Shown here: positions 44,149 through 54,119 of the stretch, piece by piece
Layout of the letters: each line of letters begins with the position of its first letter
Position numbering within the stretch: position 1 is the first letter of the stretch
IMG/VR virus record: IMGVR_UViG_3300042923_000569
Span: 195,772 to 259,771 of that record
DNA: 64,000 bases
Direction: 5' to 3' (one strand)
Origin: a virus
Made by a program: the position numbers and the translations under genes
Notes under the pieces: generated by a model
Seen by the model: only the letters and a program-made list of their open reading frames with translations
Told to the model about the DNA's origin: nothing
Databases searched by the model: none

Positions 44149-46170
44149 ATGTTACCATTTCCGGTTTTAAATAATTACGGTAATAATGTTATACCGCCGC
44201 AAAAGGGTATAAAGAAGTTTTCAGTTGGTGGTGGTGGACAGACGGTTATGTTACATTATGCCAATGGTGATTTATATGCAATAGGTAATAATAGCAATGG
44301 TAAGTTAGGTACAGGAGACACTACTGCTATAAGTGGGGCATGGAGAAGAATAATCACTGATGTTCGTTTATATACATGTTCACATACAGGTACTATAGTA
44401 ATAAAGAATGATGGTACTGTATGGTACTCAGGGAATATTACTTCTATATTCACTACTGCATTAGGTTATAATTTTCCTACTACATCTGCATTTACTGAGA
44501 TGACTTCTGCATTTAGTACATTTAGTATAGGGACGATTAAGTACATAGAGATGTATCAGGATTCTGGTCAGCGTTTTCATATGGTTGATGGTTCTGATCA
44601 GTTATGGGGAATAGGAAGTAATCAGTACAATGCATTAGGTAATGGTTCGAATACTGGTAATACGAATTGGGTATCTATAATAAATGGTTCTAGTGCTAAG
44701 AGTGTTCATCATTCATTAAACGTAACTTGGATGGAGAAGACTGACGGGACTTTCTGGAGTTGTGGTACTAATTCATTTGGTACATTGGCGAGTGGTGGTT
44801 CTACTACTACTGTATACAATAATTTCACTCTTATTAATAACTTTTCTATCAAGGCAATAAGTGTAACTCAGTACAACGTAACGTTATTATTAAATGACGG
44901 AACACTTAGAATATACGGAGTAAGTTCTTCTGGACAAGCAGGTAATGGAAGTACTTCAGCGGGTAACTTAATAAATCCATATCAGCCTGCATTAAATAAC
45001 GTTCGCGGGTTAGGAGACAGTACTGGTTCTTTATACAGTACACAAATAAAGGGTGTAATAACTCCTATGGGTGCTGGTACGAACACGAACACATTATTAG
45101 GTACAGGTATAGCGACTGATCCTACATTAACATTTACGAATGCTAATACCGGTGTTATGTCTAACTTAGATTATGCGAATTTAGATTTCTTCACATACGC
45201 GAGTAACACTGCTGGATATGCGGTTATAGGTAATGAGGTATATGCAGTAGGTAATAATGCATATACATTAGGTGGTGCTCTTAGTACTTGGACATTAATG
45301 AATACGCCATTGAGTACTTTATGGACGTCGAATCCTTCTTATAGTAATGTAGTTAACATAAGTACTGCTACACCTCCGTTATCTAGGAATGGACATGCTA
45401 CATGTAGTTATGGTGCTAACAAGTTCATTATGTACGGTGGAACTAACAGTGCTAATGCGTTGTTGAGTGATATATGGATATATGATGCAAGTACTTCAAC
45501 GTGGAGTCAGGTTCCTGCTGTTGCGAGTGCTGTTGCTAGGATTGGTGCAGGAATAAGTGTATTTGGTGATAAGTTATATATATTTGGTGGACAGAGTTCT
45601 ACTGCTACTGGAAGTACTACAAACAGTATGTACAGTGTAGATTTAGTTACTGGAGAGTTCACATTACTTACTACTACTAATACACCTTCAGTCAGGGCGT
45701 ATGCTTCTTTATGTACAGTGGGTTCGAGTTTATACGTATGGGGTGGAGCGAGTTTAAGTACATTCCATTCATTCAATCCGAGTACTAACGCATTTGTCAC
45801 ATTAACATCTTCACCTATATCTAGTGTAGTAGATGCGAATATGGAGACGGATGGTATTGATTTATACATTAACACATCGAGTAGTACTGCATTTTACAAG
45901 TACGATATAAGTACTGGATTATGGGTATTACTTGCTAATAAGCCGGTTAACAACGCATTGAAGTACGTTTATAATTCTGGTTATTTGTATGCTACAGTTG
46001 CGAGTACATCTACGATATATGCTTATAGGGTAGAAACGAACATGTGGAAAATGGTTGGTAGTACTACATTGAATACTACTAAGGGTTGTATGAGTTCTGC
46101 TGGTAAGAGTGTATATTACAGTGGTGGATTAACTGCGGTAGACAGTAATAACTTTTACAGAATATCATAA
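44149..46170 (+). CDS. RCC1-repeat plus Kelch-repeat beta-propeller protein (673 aa); candidate adhesin or host-interaction protein
   Basis: RCC1-like units (GNNSNGKLGTGDT, GSNQYNALGNGSN, GTNSFGTLASGG, SSSGQAGNGS) in the N-half; Kelch-like units (LYIFGGQ...YSVDL, LYVWGGAS) in the C-half; GAGGGGAG RBS. Confidence 0.6.
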   Translation: MLPFPVLNNYGNNVIPPQKGIKKFSVGGGGQTVMLHYANGDLYAIGNNSNGKLGTGDTTAISGAWRRIITDVRLYTCSHTGTIVIKNDGTVWYSGNITSIFTTALGYNFPTTSAFTEMTSAFSTFSIGTIKYIEMYQDSGQRFHMVDGSDQLWGIGSNQYNALGNGSNTGNTNWVSIINGSSAKSVHHSLNVTWMEKTDGTFWSCGTNSFGTLASGGSTTTVYNNFTLINNFSIKAISVTQYNVTLLLNDGTLRIYGVSSSGQAGNGSTSAGNLINPYQPALNNVRGLGDSTGSLYSTQIKGVITPMGAGTNTNTLLGTGIATDPTLTFTNANTGVMSNLDYANLDFFTYASNTAGYAVIGNEVYAVGNNAYTLGGALSTWTLMNTPLSTLWTSNPSYSNVVNISTATPPLSRNGHATCSYGANKFIMYGGTNSANALLSDIWIYDASTSTWSQVPAVASAVARIGAGISVFGDKLYIFGGQSSTATGSTTNSMYSVDLVTGEFTLLTTTNTPSVRAYASLCTVGSSLYVWGGASLSTFHSFNPSTNAFVTLTSSPISSVVDANMETDGIDLYINTSSSTAFYKYDISTGLWVLLANKPVNNALKYVYNSGYLYATVASTSTIYAYRVETNMWKMVGSTTLNTTKGCMSSAGKSVYYSGGLTAVDSNNFYRIS

Positions 46171-46180
46171 GGAGATTGAA

Positions 46181-47332
46181 ATGTTACCATTTCCAATTAT
46201 AAGTAATTTAAGACAACAGAGTATCTATAAGATACAAAAGTTTGTTGCTGGTTCATCGCACGTAGCAATATTAGGAACGAATGGACAGTTATTCACTAGA
46301 GGTGATAATACCTATGGACAATTAGGGGATACTTCTTATACTACCAACTATCAGGGCTGGCAATTAAGTTTATCAGACGTTGCTGGTGTATATGGTGATC
46401 GTTCACAGAATACGGTTGCCATTAAGAAAGATGGTACTGTGTGGGTATGTGGTAGATTTTGGACTGCTACACAGTTCGGTTTTACATCTACAACAGGTGC
46501 ACATTCATGGACTGAAATTACTTCGTACTTACCATTCAGTACTAATACTATTAAGGATATACAGGTTGGTTATCAGATGAGTGCATTTGTGCTTAATGAT
46601 GGTAGTGTATATTTTTGTGGTACGAATACGAATGGACAATTCGGTAATAACAATACTACTAACTTAACGAGTTATACCAAATCCCTAGCAACGGATGTAC
46701 AGAAGTTATATATACAGCATCCTCTTTGGCAGGGACAAAACGTTATATCATATATAGACAGTACTGGTAAGCCTTATGCCTGTGGTTATAACGGTACTAA
46801 GCAGGTATCTAGTAGTTCAACTATATCATCGTACAGTACATTCCAGTTATTATCGAGTGCAGTATATACTAGTGCAGCGATTGCTGGTACTACTAGTTGG
46901 TACATAAGAAGTAACGGCTCTGGTGATTATTGCGGGTCGGCCTCTGTATTACAGAATACAAACAGTGGTATATTGAATATGTATTCTGCTACAGGTAACG
47001 GTGCTACACAATTAGGAGAAATACAGTTAGCATCATTTGCAATTGTATATGGTTATAAAACTACTAATACGTTTTGGGCTAAGACTTACTATTCTGGTGG
47101 TGGGTCAGAACTACCACTAATGAATAATGTATCGAACAGGGCTAACTGGTTACAGCAAAGTACTATGCCGGTGAGTGCAGGTGTATATAGTGGAATGGCT
47201 ATGGGTAATTATAATAATGGATTTATATTATTCTTAGGTTCAGACCAGCAAGAAATATTTGGTGTTGGATTAATGAGTTCAAATAATGCAAGTACTGCAT
47301 TTGAGAAGTTAAGTATTCCAGAATTTAAATAA
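46181..47332 (+). CDS. RCC1-repeat beta-propeller protein (383 aa)
   Basis: classic RCC1 unit GDNTYGQLGDTS and GTNTNGQFGNNNTT; N-terminus MLPFPIISN. Confidence 0.6.
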   Translation: MLPFPIISNLRQQSIYKIQKFVAGSSHVAILGTNGQLFTRGDNTYGQLGDTSYTTNYQGWQLSLSDVAGVYGDRSQNTVAIKKDGTVWVCGRFWTATQFGFTSTTGAHSWTEITSYLPFSTNTIKDIQVGYQMSAFVLNDGSVYFCGTNTNGQFGNNNTTNLTSYTKSLATDVQKLYIQHPLWQGQNVISYIDSTGKPYACGYNGTKQVSSSSTISSYSTFQLLSSAVYTSAAIAGTTSWYIRSNGSGDYCGSASVLQNTNSGILNMYSATGNGATQLGEIQLASFAIVYGYKTTNTFWAKTYYSGGGSELPLMNNVSNRANWLQQSTMPVSAGVYSGMAMGNYNNGFILFLGSDQQEIFGVGLMSSNNASTAFEKLSIPEFK

Positions 47333-47333
47333 C

Positions 47334-47365
47334 AAAAAACCCGCCTTGAGCGGGTTTTCTTTTAT
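47334..47365. terminator. bidirectional rho-independent terminator between convergent genes
   Basis: aaaaaacccgccttgagcgggttttctttt. Confidence 0.7.
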
Positions 47366-48024
47366 CCACCATAACTATGAGAGCTTGATGAACTATGGTA
47401 AGACGAACTAGAAGCCCTGGCAGCGTTTGTACTGACAGTACTACCGAAGCCACCCCTTGTTACAGTACTTGTCACTGCGGGCTTAGGAGAGAGTGCAGAG
47501 CGTGATACAGAGGTAGTATTCGAGTGAGCAAAGCTACCGAATGAGTTTCCTTTAGCATCGACGAACTTGTTATACATAGGTGAAGATGAACGAGTACTTG
47601 AGTACAATGCCTGGCTTGGATAGTTCGATGAGCTTGAACTAAATCCGTGCATCAACGGGAACCACATAAAGGAGCTATGCGATCCTGACGTAGTTTGTAC
47701 ATTACTGGCAGTAGTACTTTGTGAGTTACACTGCCCTGTTCCGAACTCATCTTCACAATCTTCTTTAGACATATACTTAGGAGCGGTACTACTTGATTTA
47801 GCGAGTGCATTCTGGTAATCAAGAGCACAGCGGTTCTTTTGTTCTGGTGATTGAGCACGGTATTCACAGTCTTGTACTGTTTGATAGACTGTTACTTTTT
47901 CCTGTTCATCGCATCCTGTCAAGAACAATGACCCGCCAGAGATAGCAAGGAACAACGCACTGTATTTCCAGAATGTATGTACTTTACGAAAACGGTTGAG
48001 GTTAATGTTCTTAGTACGTTTCAT
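47362..48024 (-). CDS. Ser-rich lipoprotein (220 aa)
   Basis: signal peptide with lipobox LFLTGC; long Ser/Thr-rich C-terminal region. Confidence 0.65.
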   Translation of the reverse strand: MKRTKNINLNRFRKVHTFWKYSALFLAISGGSLFLTGCDEQEKVTVYQTVQDCEYRAQSPEQKNRCALDYQNALAKSSSTAPKYMSKEDCEDEFGTGQCNSQSTTASNVQTTSGSHSSFMWFPLMHGFSSSSSNYPSQALYSSTRSSSPMYNKFVDAKGNSFGSFAHSNTTSVSRSALSPKPAVTSTVTRGGFGSTVSTNAARASSSSYHSSSSSHSYGG

Positions 48025-48161
48025 TTCTTTTTATTCTTCCCGAAGGTTTTGTTTTTCTTTTTGCGTTTAACACTTGGGCGACCGCGATCATTGCTACTGG
48101 TATTCCAGATACTTGAACTACCGCCCATATCCAGGATCATTTGTTGTTCTAGGGTTAGCAT
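48021..48161 (-). CDS. small basic protein (~46 aa; below cutoff), ATGA-coupled to the lipoprotein gene
   Basis: MLTLEQQMILDMGGSSSIWNTSSNDRGRPSVKRKKKNKTFGKNKKK behind the conserved tttttaattgagaggacaattata leader. Confidence 0.4.
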   Translation of the reverse strand: MLTLEQQMILDMGGSSSIWNTSSNDRGRPSVKRKKKNKTFGKNKKK

Positions 48162-48215
48162 TATAATTGTCCTCTCAATTAAAAATCCTGTACATATTAC
48201 AGTACAGGAATTATA

Positions 48216-48545
48216 TTACTTACGTTCAGCAGCGTTGAGTACTTCAGTAGCTTGAGTATATTGACCTTCTTCTTTAACTAAAGGTTCTACTGGTTCAGTA
48301 CGTTCTACTTCAGCGGCGAACGATGCAGCTTTAACATCAGTTTCGATTTCGTTGATAAGTTTTTTGTACTCATCATACGCTACCAATGCAATGATTAGAG
48401 CTATAGCGATTACTGTTACGTACACATTCCCCAATAGCAGACCGAGAATAGCAAACGGAATTACTACATTTGGAGTAGATTTGATCTGACGCTTAATTTC
48501 GTTGAAAGTGCGTTTTGCTACAGTACTGATAAATTCGTCGTTCAT
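48216..48545 (-). CDS. small membrane protein (109 aa)
   Basis: ORF track; one central hydrophobic stretch. Confidence 0.5.
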   Translation of the reverse strand: MNDEFISTVAKRTFNEIKRQIKSTPNVVIPFAILGLLLGNVYVTVIAIALIIALVAYDEYKKLINEIETDVKAASFAAEVERTEPVEPLVKEEGQYTQATEVLNAAERK

Positions 48546-48609
48546 AGTAATTCCTCGGTTAATTATGAAATAATTATAAAGTTTAAATCGGATTAAGTCA
48601 ATGAATTTT

Positions 48610-48957
48610 TTACTTTTTACGTCTTAAAAAGAAGTTTCTTACACCTGATAAGATTGTTGCAAGTGCAGTGACTCCATATACAAGTATCAAGATACCGAAT
48701 GAGAAGATAGAACAAGTCAAATATAAAGCCCGTATCCACTCTGAACCAGTACAAAGATAAATTACTAATGATAGTACTGCAAATAATAGAAATATTGCAA
48801 TAGGTGCCATAACTTCATCATCTTTTGAACCAAGGAATTGATTAATTTTTGGAGCAATCTTATCAAATCCAAATAACCAATCCACAAATGAAATAAGGCA
48901 TATTAATAAAAAACCGAATAGATAGAGATTAGCCATAACTATTAGTACTTCACGCAT
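48610..48957 (-). CDS. small multi-TM protein, basic-tail family (115 aa)
   Basis: 3-4 hydrophobic segments; C-terminus VRNFFLRRKK. Confidence 0.55.
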   Translation of the reverse strand: MREVLIVMANLYLFGFLLICLISFVDWLFGFDKIAPKINQFLGSKDDEVMAPIAIFLLFAVLSLVIYLCTGSEWIRALYLTCSIFSFGILILVYGVTALATILSGVRNFFLRRKK

Positions 48958-49307
48958 TATGATTTACCCCTTCGTTTACGGATAGAATCACGCAGACTGC
49001 AAATATAAATGACAAATGCAGGAACTACAAACAACGCCCAAAGTAAAGTGTTATAGAAGATTGACCATGCGTTGGATGTTCCTAGTATAGCATTGAATAA
49101 AGTACCAAGACCAATTAATGAACAAATAAACACATGAAAGCCTGATACTTCGTCTAGGTCACTAACAAAAGAATCATAATAATCGGTACTGAAGAACCAG
49201 CCGATAACCAGTACTGCATAGAGTACTACAATGATGAAGAATGATGCACTATACCAATCAGAGTTTGATTGAATCAGATTATAAACACTAGCAATTGCTT
49301 CAATCAT
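48957..49307 (-). CDS. small multi-TM protein, basic-tail family (116 aa)
   Basis: C-terminus SIRKRRGKS; ATGA coupling. Confidence 0.55.
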   Translation of the reverse strand: MIEAIASVYNLIQSNSDWYSASFFIIVVLYAVLVIGWFFSTDYYDSFVSDLDEVSGFHVFICSLIGLGTLFNAILGTSNAWSIFYNTLLWALFVVPAFVIYICSLRDSIRKRRGKS

Positions 49308-49672
49308 GTACGACCTCGTTTATTTGCAAAATAACTTCTTAGTGAGATTACTGAATTGAATAACCAATTCGTTAGTACTAATAGAGAAACAGCCGCAATT
49401 AGTAAGGCATTAGTACTAAGTACACCTATGCTCATGGTATCATTATATGAATATGATGAACAGAAAAGCATAAATGAAATAATAATAACAAACATAATGA
49501 ATATGCCTACTCCGATTTCATCAATATATAAACGAACTTTGAAGTAGTAGTTGGCACAAGTTAACCAGCCGACTGAAAGTACTATAGCGGTAATTAAGTT
49601 CACGCAGTACGCAGCTATCAGTATATAATGTAGCCAATCTGGAACAGATAGATTAGTCATGTATATTTCCAA
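49304..49672 (-). CDS. small multi-TM protein, basic-tail family (122 aa)
   Basis: C-terminus SYFANKRGRT. Confidence 0.55.
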   Translation of the reverse strand: MEIYMTNLSVPDWLHYILIAAYCVNLITAIVLSVGWLTCANYYFKVRLYIDEIGVGIFIMFVIIISFMLFCSSYSYNDTMSIGVLSTNALLIAAVSLLVLTNWLFNSVISLRSYFANKRGRT

Positions 49673-49721
49673 AGATTTGAACTCCAGTTAAGGAGTTCAA
49701 TTTATAAAGTATAATTTATAG

Positions 49722-50498
49722 TTACACCACTTCGCTGTTATTGCGAATCCAGTTCATGTAACCACGAAGTGAATCACGATTTTGAAGTTTAGGACTATTA
49801 CGAATAGTCATAATTGCTTCATTCCATGTGATACGTTCTACGCCGAGTTCTTTAAGAATACGGTTACAGTAATTAGTACCGGCATCACAAGCACCAGCAC
49901 GACGGAGAATATTAGGGTCGATTTTACGGTTACGTTGGGCATTCTTCCCTGTAAGGCCAAGTTTCTTTGCTTCATCCGTAGTAATAAAAACAAGATTAGT
50001 AAGGCTTGAACCTTTATTTGTCAGTACTTTCATACCTTCTTCAGTGAACATATAATCAACTAATGCAGGAATTGAATTAGTATAAAGTACTTCGTTCAAT
50101 GATGAAATACTAAGAATTTGGAGAGCATCTTGTACTGGAAGTGATTGCTGGGTACTTGCAATAGCATGACCATAACGATCTTTAGCATACGTTTGTTCAA
50201 GGATATACTTCAATGCACGATATGGAAGTTGTACCATATCAAAAATATTAGTATCTGATCGGTACATATCTGTCGTGAGATCATACCATTCTTCATTAGT
50301 AAGGTTAGATACTTGAACACGATTATTTTTAACCAATGATTTAATCACTGATGAATTCATTTTGAAAAGGTTCTGTGAAATTAATTCGTCAGAAACACCT
50401 TCCAAATCGGAAACTTTAAGACCTTTCCATTGTACAAATGGAATGAGTGCTGGATCAAGAGTAGCTAAGGTAGCATCTTCAATACAAAGTTTAATCAT
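49722..50498 (-). CDS. hypothetical protein (258 aa) with the C-terminal CxxG...W...IR..P...W domain
   Basis: C-terminus CDAGTNYCNRILKELGVERITWNEAIMTIRNSPKL... is paralogous to that of 56383..57165. Confidence 0.55.
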   Translation of the reverse strand: MIKLCIEDATLATLDPALIPFVQWKGLKVSDLEGVSDELISQNLFKMNSSVIKSLVKNNRVQVSNLTNEEWYDLTTDMYRSDTNIFDMVQLPYRALKYILEQTYAKDRYGHAIASTQQSLPVQDALQILSISSLNEVLYTNSIPALVDYMFTEEGMKVLTNKGSSLTNLVFITTDEAKKLGLTGKNAQRNRKIDPNILRRAGACDAGTNYCNRILKELGVERITWNEAIMTIRNSPKLQNRDSLRGYMNWIRNNSEVV

Positions 50499-50511
50499 GA
50501 TAAATCAAATC

Positions 50512-50874
50512 CTAAATGTTTAAATTACGTTTATTAGCGAAGTACTTTCTTGATTTATGAAAGCCCACAAAGAGATAATTAATACAGTGCAGAAAACCAA
50601 AGATTAATGTTAATGCTCCAAGCATTGGCATTAATAGTAAAAACACTCGTAGCCCTACACCATCGGCTGCTAGTCCGAACATAACTAGTAAAGTTGAAAG
50701 CATACCACATACACCCAAGAAAACCGTATATGATGCTTTAAAATTGTTAGAGATTTTTGTGTAGTAATTAGAGCTTACCCAATATCCAACGAAGTAAACT
50801 ACTAAAAAGATTACAAAAATGCAAAAGGAAAACATTAAGGTACAATTAATAATATTAAAAGTTAAAGTACTCAT
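50512..50874 (-). CDS. small multi-TM protein, basic-tail family (120 aa)
   Basis: C-terminus HKSRKYFANKRNLNI. Confidence 0.55.
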   Translation of the reverse strand: MSTLTFNIINCTLMFSFCIFVIFLVVYFVGYWVSSNYYTKISNNFKASYTVFLGVCGMLSTLLVMFGLAADGVGLRVFLLLMPMLGALTLIFGFLHCINYLFVGFHKSRKYFANKRNLNI

Positions 50875-51206
50875 ATCTTATTTCTCTTCTTACCAAAGTA
50901 CTCTCTGGTTTTAGAAAGTAAATGAAATAGAAAACAAATACCAATCACAATCAATGCTACAAACGAACAGATACCTAATGTAGATATTCCAGCGTCAATA
51001 GCTGCTGAAAAATCTTTGAATATCCATTGTAATATAGAAAACTCAAGAGTTACTGCAAAACAAATACCCTCGACTATACAGTAAATCATTTTATGATTCG
51101 GATTGAGGTTAGTAATGTAATCAGCGTAAGTCAAGAACCCGACTAATGCTATTACTGCAATAGCTAGGTTAATAACACTGAGTACTGTAAAAATGTCATG
51201 CCACAT
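50871..51206 (-). CDS. small multi-TM protein, basic-tail family (111 aa)
   Basis: C-terminus KTREYFGKKRNKI. Confidence 0.55.
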   Translation of the reverse strand: MWHDIFTVLSVINLAIAVIALVGFLTYADYITNLNPNHKMIYCIVEGICFAVTLEFSILQWIFKDFSAAIDAGISTLGICSFVALIVIGICFLFHLLSKTREYFGKKRNKI

Positions 51207-51207
51207 A

Positions 51208-52011
51208 TTACACCTTCTGTGAAGTTACAAACATTCGTGTAGCGTGCTGTTCCCACTTCTCAGGAAATTGCAGATACAGACCTGCTAACTGTACTGGTAG
51301 ACGCAGAGAAGGTAAACGCAGATTCGCACAATTCTTTAACATGAAGTTCAGAATATTATCTGAACCTTCTTTACTGATACCATGACCTTTCACGATATTA
51401 GTAGTACGCATGATGTTCTCAATGTGAACCATGATACTTTCGTTGTCGTGGATCTCTAGGTCAATAAATGCACCCCTGGTCATCAGTGCGTTTACGTGTG
51501 GAGACAGTGCAGAGTTTGCCTGCGAAATCTTCACAAGATCTTTGTTAGTGATAAAGATAACCTTACCACTGAATTCAAACTGAGTTGGGATACCATTGTC
51601 AGCCAAGACACGTGAAGAACTCATGTAAGTAATGATGCGTTTATCATCAGACTCAAGAGAGGCTTTCAGCAGGTTCAGCTTGTCTTCGGTATCGAATACA
51701 TCAACGTCATCCATAAGGAGAACGTCACCAAGATTACGTGCATTGTAGAGAGCCTGATACAGACCTAAGCCAGTACACTTACCATTCAGATAATGGAAGT
51801 TACAGAATCCGGTATCATGGGCTTCTTCCAGACGTTTAATGAGGTTGTATGATTTACCAATACCACTTGCACCGGTCACTGTTAACGCTTTGATGGGATT
51901 GAAGGGGTCCATGATGCACTCAACAGTGTCCATCATTGCTTCAAAATTCTCAGCGATACGCAGTTTCAGTACTTCACGGCGGCTCATCATAGTAGTTTCC
52001 TCGGTACTCAT
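51208..52011 (-). CDS. AAA-type/P-loop ATPase (267 aa)
   Basis: Walker A GASGIGKS; Walker B VLLMDDVD. Confidence 0.65.
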   Translation of the reverse strand: MSTEETTMMSRREVLKLRIAENFEAMMDTVECIMDPFNPIKALTVTGASGIGKSYNLIKRLEEAHDTGFCNFHYLNGKCTGLGLYQALYNARNLGDVLLMDDVDVFDTEDKLNLLKASLESDDKRIITYMSSSRVLADNGIPTQFEFSGKVIFITNKDLVKISQANSALSPHVNALMTRGAFIDLEIHDNESIMVHIENIMRTTNIVKGHGISKEGSDNILNFMLKNCANLRLPSLRLPVQLAGLYLQFPEKWEQHATRMFVTSQKV

Positions 52012-52075
52012 CTCAATTAATATACAGAGATTATAAGGGAAAAATCTCTGTAGGTCAAGCTTTTTTTAATCTTTA

Positions 52076-53005
52076 TTAAGCAGATACGGATGTATTCTTT
52101 GTAAAGATAGTCAGCAAACGAGTCCATAATGAACGTTTTTCAGTTACATTAAGTACTTGAATTGTTTCTTTCTCTGGACTTGTTTCGGTACTTTGTTTTT
52201 TAAGTTCATCACGATGTTTAGAATACTCAGCCTTAACAATATGGTTAAGTTTATTACACAGAGTTTCCATATTCTTTTTACTTTTATTATTAATAATCCC
52301 ATGACCTTTATTAGAAGCAATAACTTCTTTACAGATTCGGATATTAATTAATTCTTTTGCAAACTCATTAATAAATTCATCCCATGCAGTATTTGATACC
52401 TTAATTAAATCTTTGAAATTAAGTGGCATCAATGCCGGAATGAACTGATTATGTTTATTATAATGATTAATCAGTGCCAGCTTGTAATGTCCAGGCATAG
52501 TACTGAACTGAACAGATGGAATCTTGACACTATGTTCTTTCTTAAATCCATTCTTATTCAAGTCCAGATAAGTAAAATTACGTTTTACTTTATTAATTTC
52601 AGCATTTGGATTTAAGTTGTTCAACAAGCACCGATCATACCAGTACTTGAACTCTGCGTATTCAGCAAAAAGATTACTACGCATAAGGTTACATTTCTCA
52701 CACAGCAAGTGCAAGTTATGCAACAAATTAGAACCTTCAAGAGAGTTAAGTAAGTTATGGTCAACTGTCATACGACGACCATTACCAGCGAACATAATCA
52801 TACCGTACATATCATGAAGTTTGAATACACCTTCTGAACCACAGCAATGACATTTTAATCCATCGCGTGTAGCTATATTGATAGCACGGATAGTACACGA
52901 TTTAAATGGATAGTGTTTACGCATTTGTTCTAAGTTGTTGAGAACAAACTCACCTTTAAACGTTACATTCTTTACTGATGAAATATTCATTTGATTACCG
53001 TGCAA
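52076..53005 (-). CDS. HNH endonuclease (309 aa), probable homing endonuclease
   Basis: CHCCG zinc-finger, then VDHNLLNSLEGSNLLHNLHLLCEKCN HNH core; paralogous to 57146..57628. Confidence 0.7.
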   Translation of the reverse strand: MHGNQMNISSVKNVTFKGEFVLNNLEQMRKHYPFKSCTIRAINIATRDGLKCHCCGSEGVFKLHDMYGMIMFAGNGRRMTVDHNLLNSLEGSNLLHNLHLLCEKCNLMRSNLFAEYAEFKYWYDRCLLNNLNPNAEINKVKRNFTYLDLNKNGFKKEHSVKIPSVQFSTMPGHYKLALINHYNKHNQFIPALMPLNFKDLIKVSNTAWDEFINEFAKELINIRICKEVIASNKGHGIINNKSKKNMETLCNKLNHIVKAEYSKHRDELKKQSTETSPEKETIQVLNVTEKRSLWTRLLTIFTKNTSVSA

Positions 53006-53339
53006 TTAATTCATTTTCGTAAACAACCCAGCGTGCACCGCTGAACACAATAGCTTCGGCTTTATCGATATCCGCAGTACTATGTGGAGAAGAAAGAATG
53101 CGAACACGATCACAAATCAAGCCGTTTGCATCGTCAACATAGGTGAATGATTCATCAAAGATTTTGCGGTACTTAGCATAATCTTCGTCACTAACATCAT
53201 ACACGAGATCATAAGACATACTATTAATAGTTTCAACTACATATGGAATGTCTGAACCTTGCATAAAAACTTTGTCTCCCACTTTAAATTTACTTGGTGG
53301 GATGATTGCAGTTTGCAGAAGATTTTTTAATTGGCTCAT
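52995..53339 (-). CDS. hypothetical protein (114 aa)
   Basis: ORF track. Confidence 0.5.
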   Translation of the reverse strand: MSQLKNLLQTAIIPPSKFKVGDKVFMQGSDIPYVVETINSMSYDLVYDVSDEDYAKYRKIFDESFTYVDDANGLICDRVRILSSPHSTADIDKAEAIVFSGARWVVYENELIAR

Positions 53340-53377
53340 TTAAAATGTTCTCTCTTGATTTGATAAGGTTATCATAA

Positions 53378-53410
53378 CAAAAAGGGCTGACCGAAGTCAA
53401 CCCCTTATAT
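53378..53410. terminator. conserved GGGCTGACCGAAGTCAACCC hairpin terminator
   Basis: exact copy of the family stem-loop. Confidence 0.55.
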
Positions 53411-53739
53411 TAATAATCTTTAAATTTTGAACGAATTTTTTTGGTTTTTCCAAAGCCAAACCATACCATGAAACACAGTAATACTACTACGGAGATTCCA
53501 ACATAGTTAATAATTAGTGTGCCGCATAATGTAAATTTGCTTGGGTCATTATCCATAGTAATATCAAGAATAATACACACGATATTAACGAAAGAAAATA
53601 TATATAATGTTTCTTCTATACCGTCAAAATACTTATTAACTAACTTATGACGGTTAAAGATTCTAAGTACTAATGCACATAATGCTACCAGTACTATTAA
53701 AGCCAGAACTAATGTTGAGATAAAGTTATAGATTAACAT
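53410..53739 (-). CDS. small multi-TM protein, basic-tail family (109 aa)
   Basis: C-terminus GKTKKIRSKFKDY. Confidence 0.5.
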   Translation of the reverse strand: MLIYNFISTLVLALIVLVALCALVLRIFNRHKLVNKYFDGIEETLYIFSFVNIVCIILDITMDNDPSKFTLCGTLIINYVGISVVVLLCFMVWFGFGKTKKIRSKFKDY

Positions 53740-53745
53740 ATAGCC

Positions 53746-54075
53746 TTATGTATCAATAAATGAAGAACGAAATTCTGATAATATCATACATATCAGAGCA
53801 ATAACAATAATCGAACCAATTAACCCTATGGTTGACATTAATATAACTGCTAATGCCGCATATTGATCAATTTTTGGTGGATGGTATATGTCAACTGAAA
53901 GACAAATCATAAGAAATAAGTTATATGCACTTAAATAATACAATGAATCATCATTACCAGAAAGTTTCGCTACTAACTTTCTTTTATTAAAGAAGCATAG
54001 TATCCATAAAGAACATACATAAAATATGTACACACCACCTACTACAGAAAAAATTGTGTTAATCCAAAAAATCAT
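53746..54075 (-). CDS. small multi-TM protein (109 aa)
   Basis: hydrophobic; paralog of 53410..53739. Confidence 0.5.
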   Translation of the reverse strand: MIFWINTIFSVVGGVYIFYVCSLWILCFFNKRKLVAKLSGNDDSLYYLSAYNLFLMICLSVDIYHPPKIDQYAALAVILMSTIGLIGSIIVIALICMILSEFRSSFIDT

Positions 54076-54119
54076 ATTAGAATCTCTAATGAAAAGGCAC
54101 AGTTAAGTGCCTTATAGTT

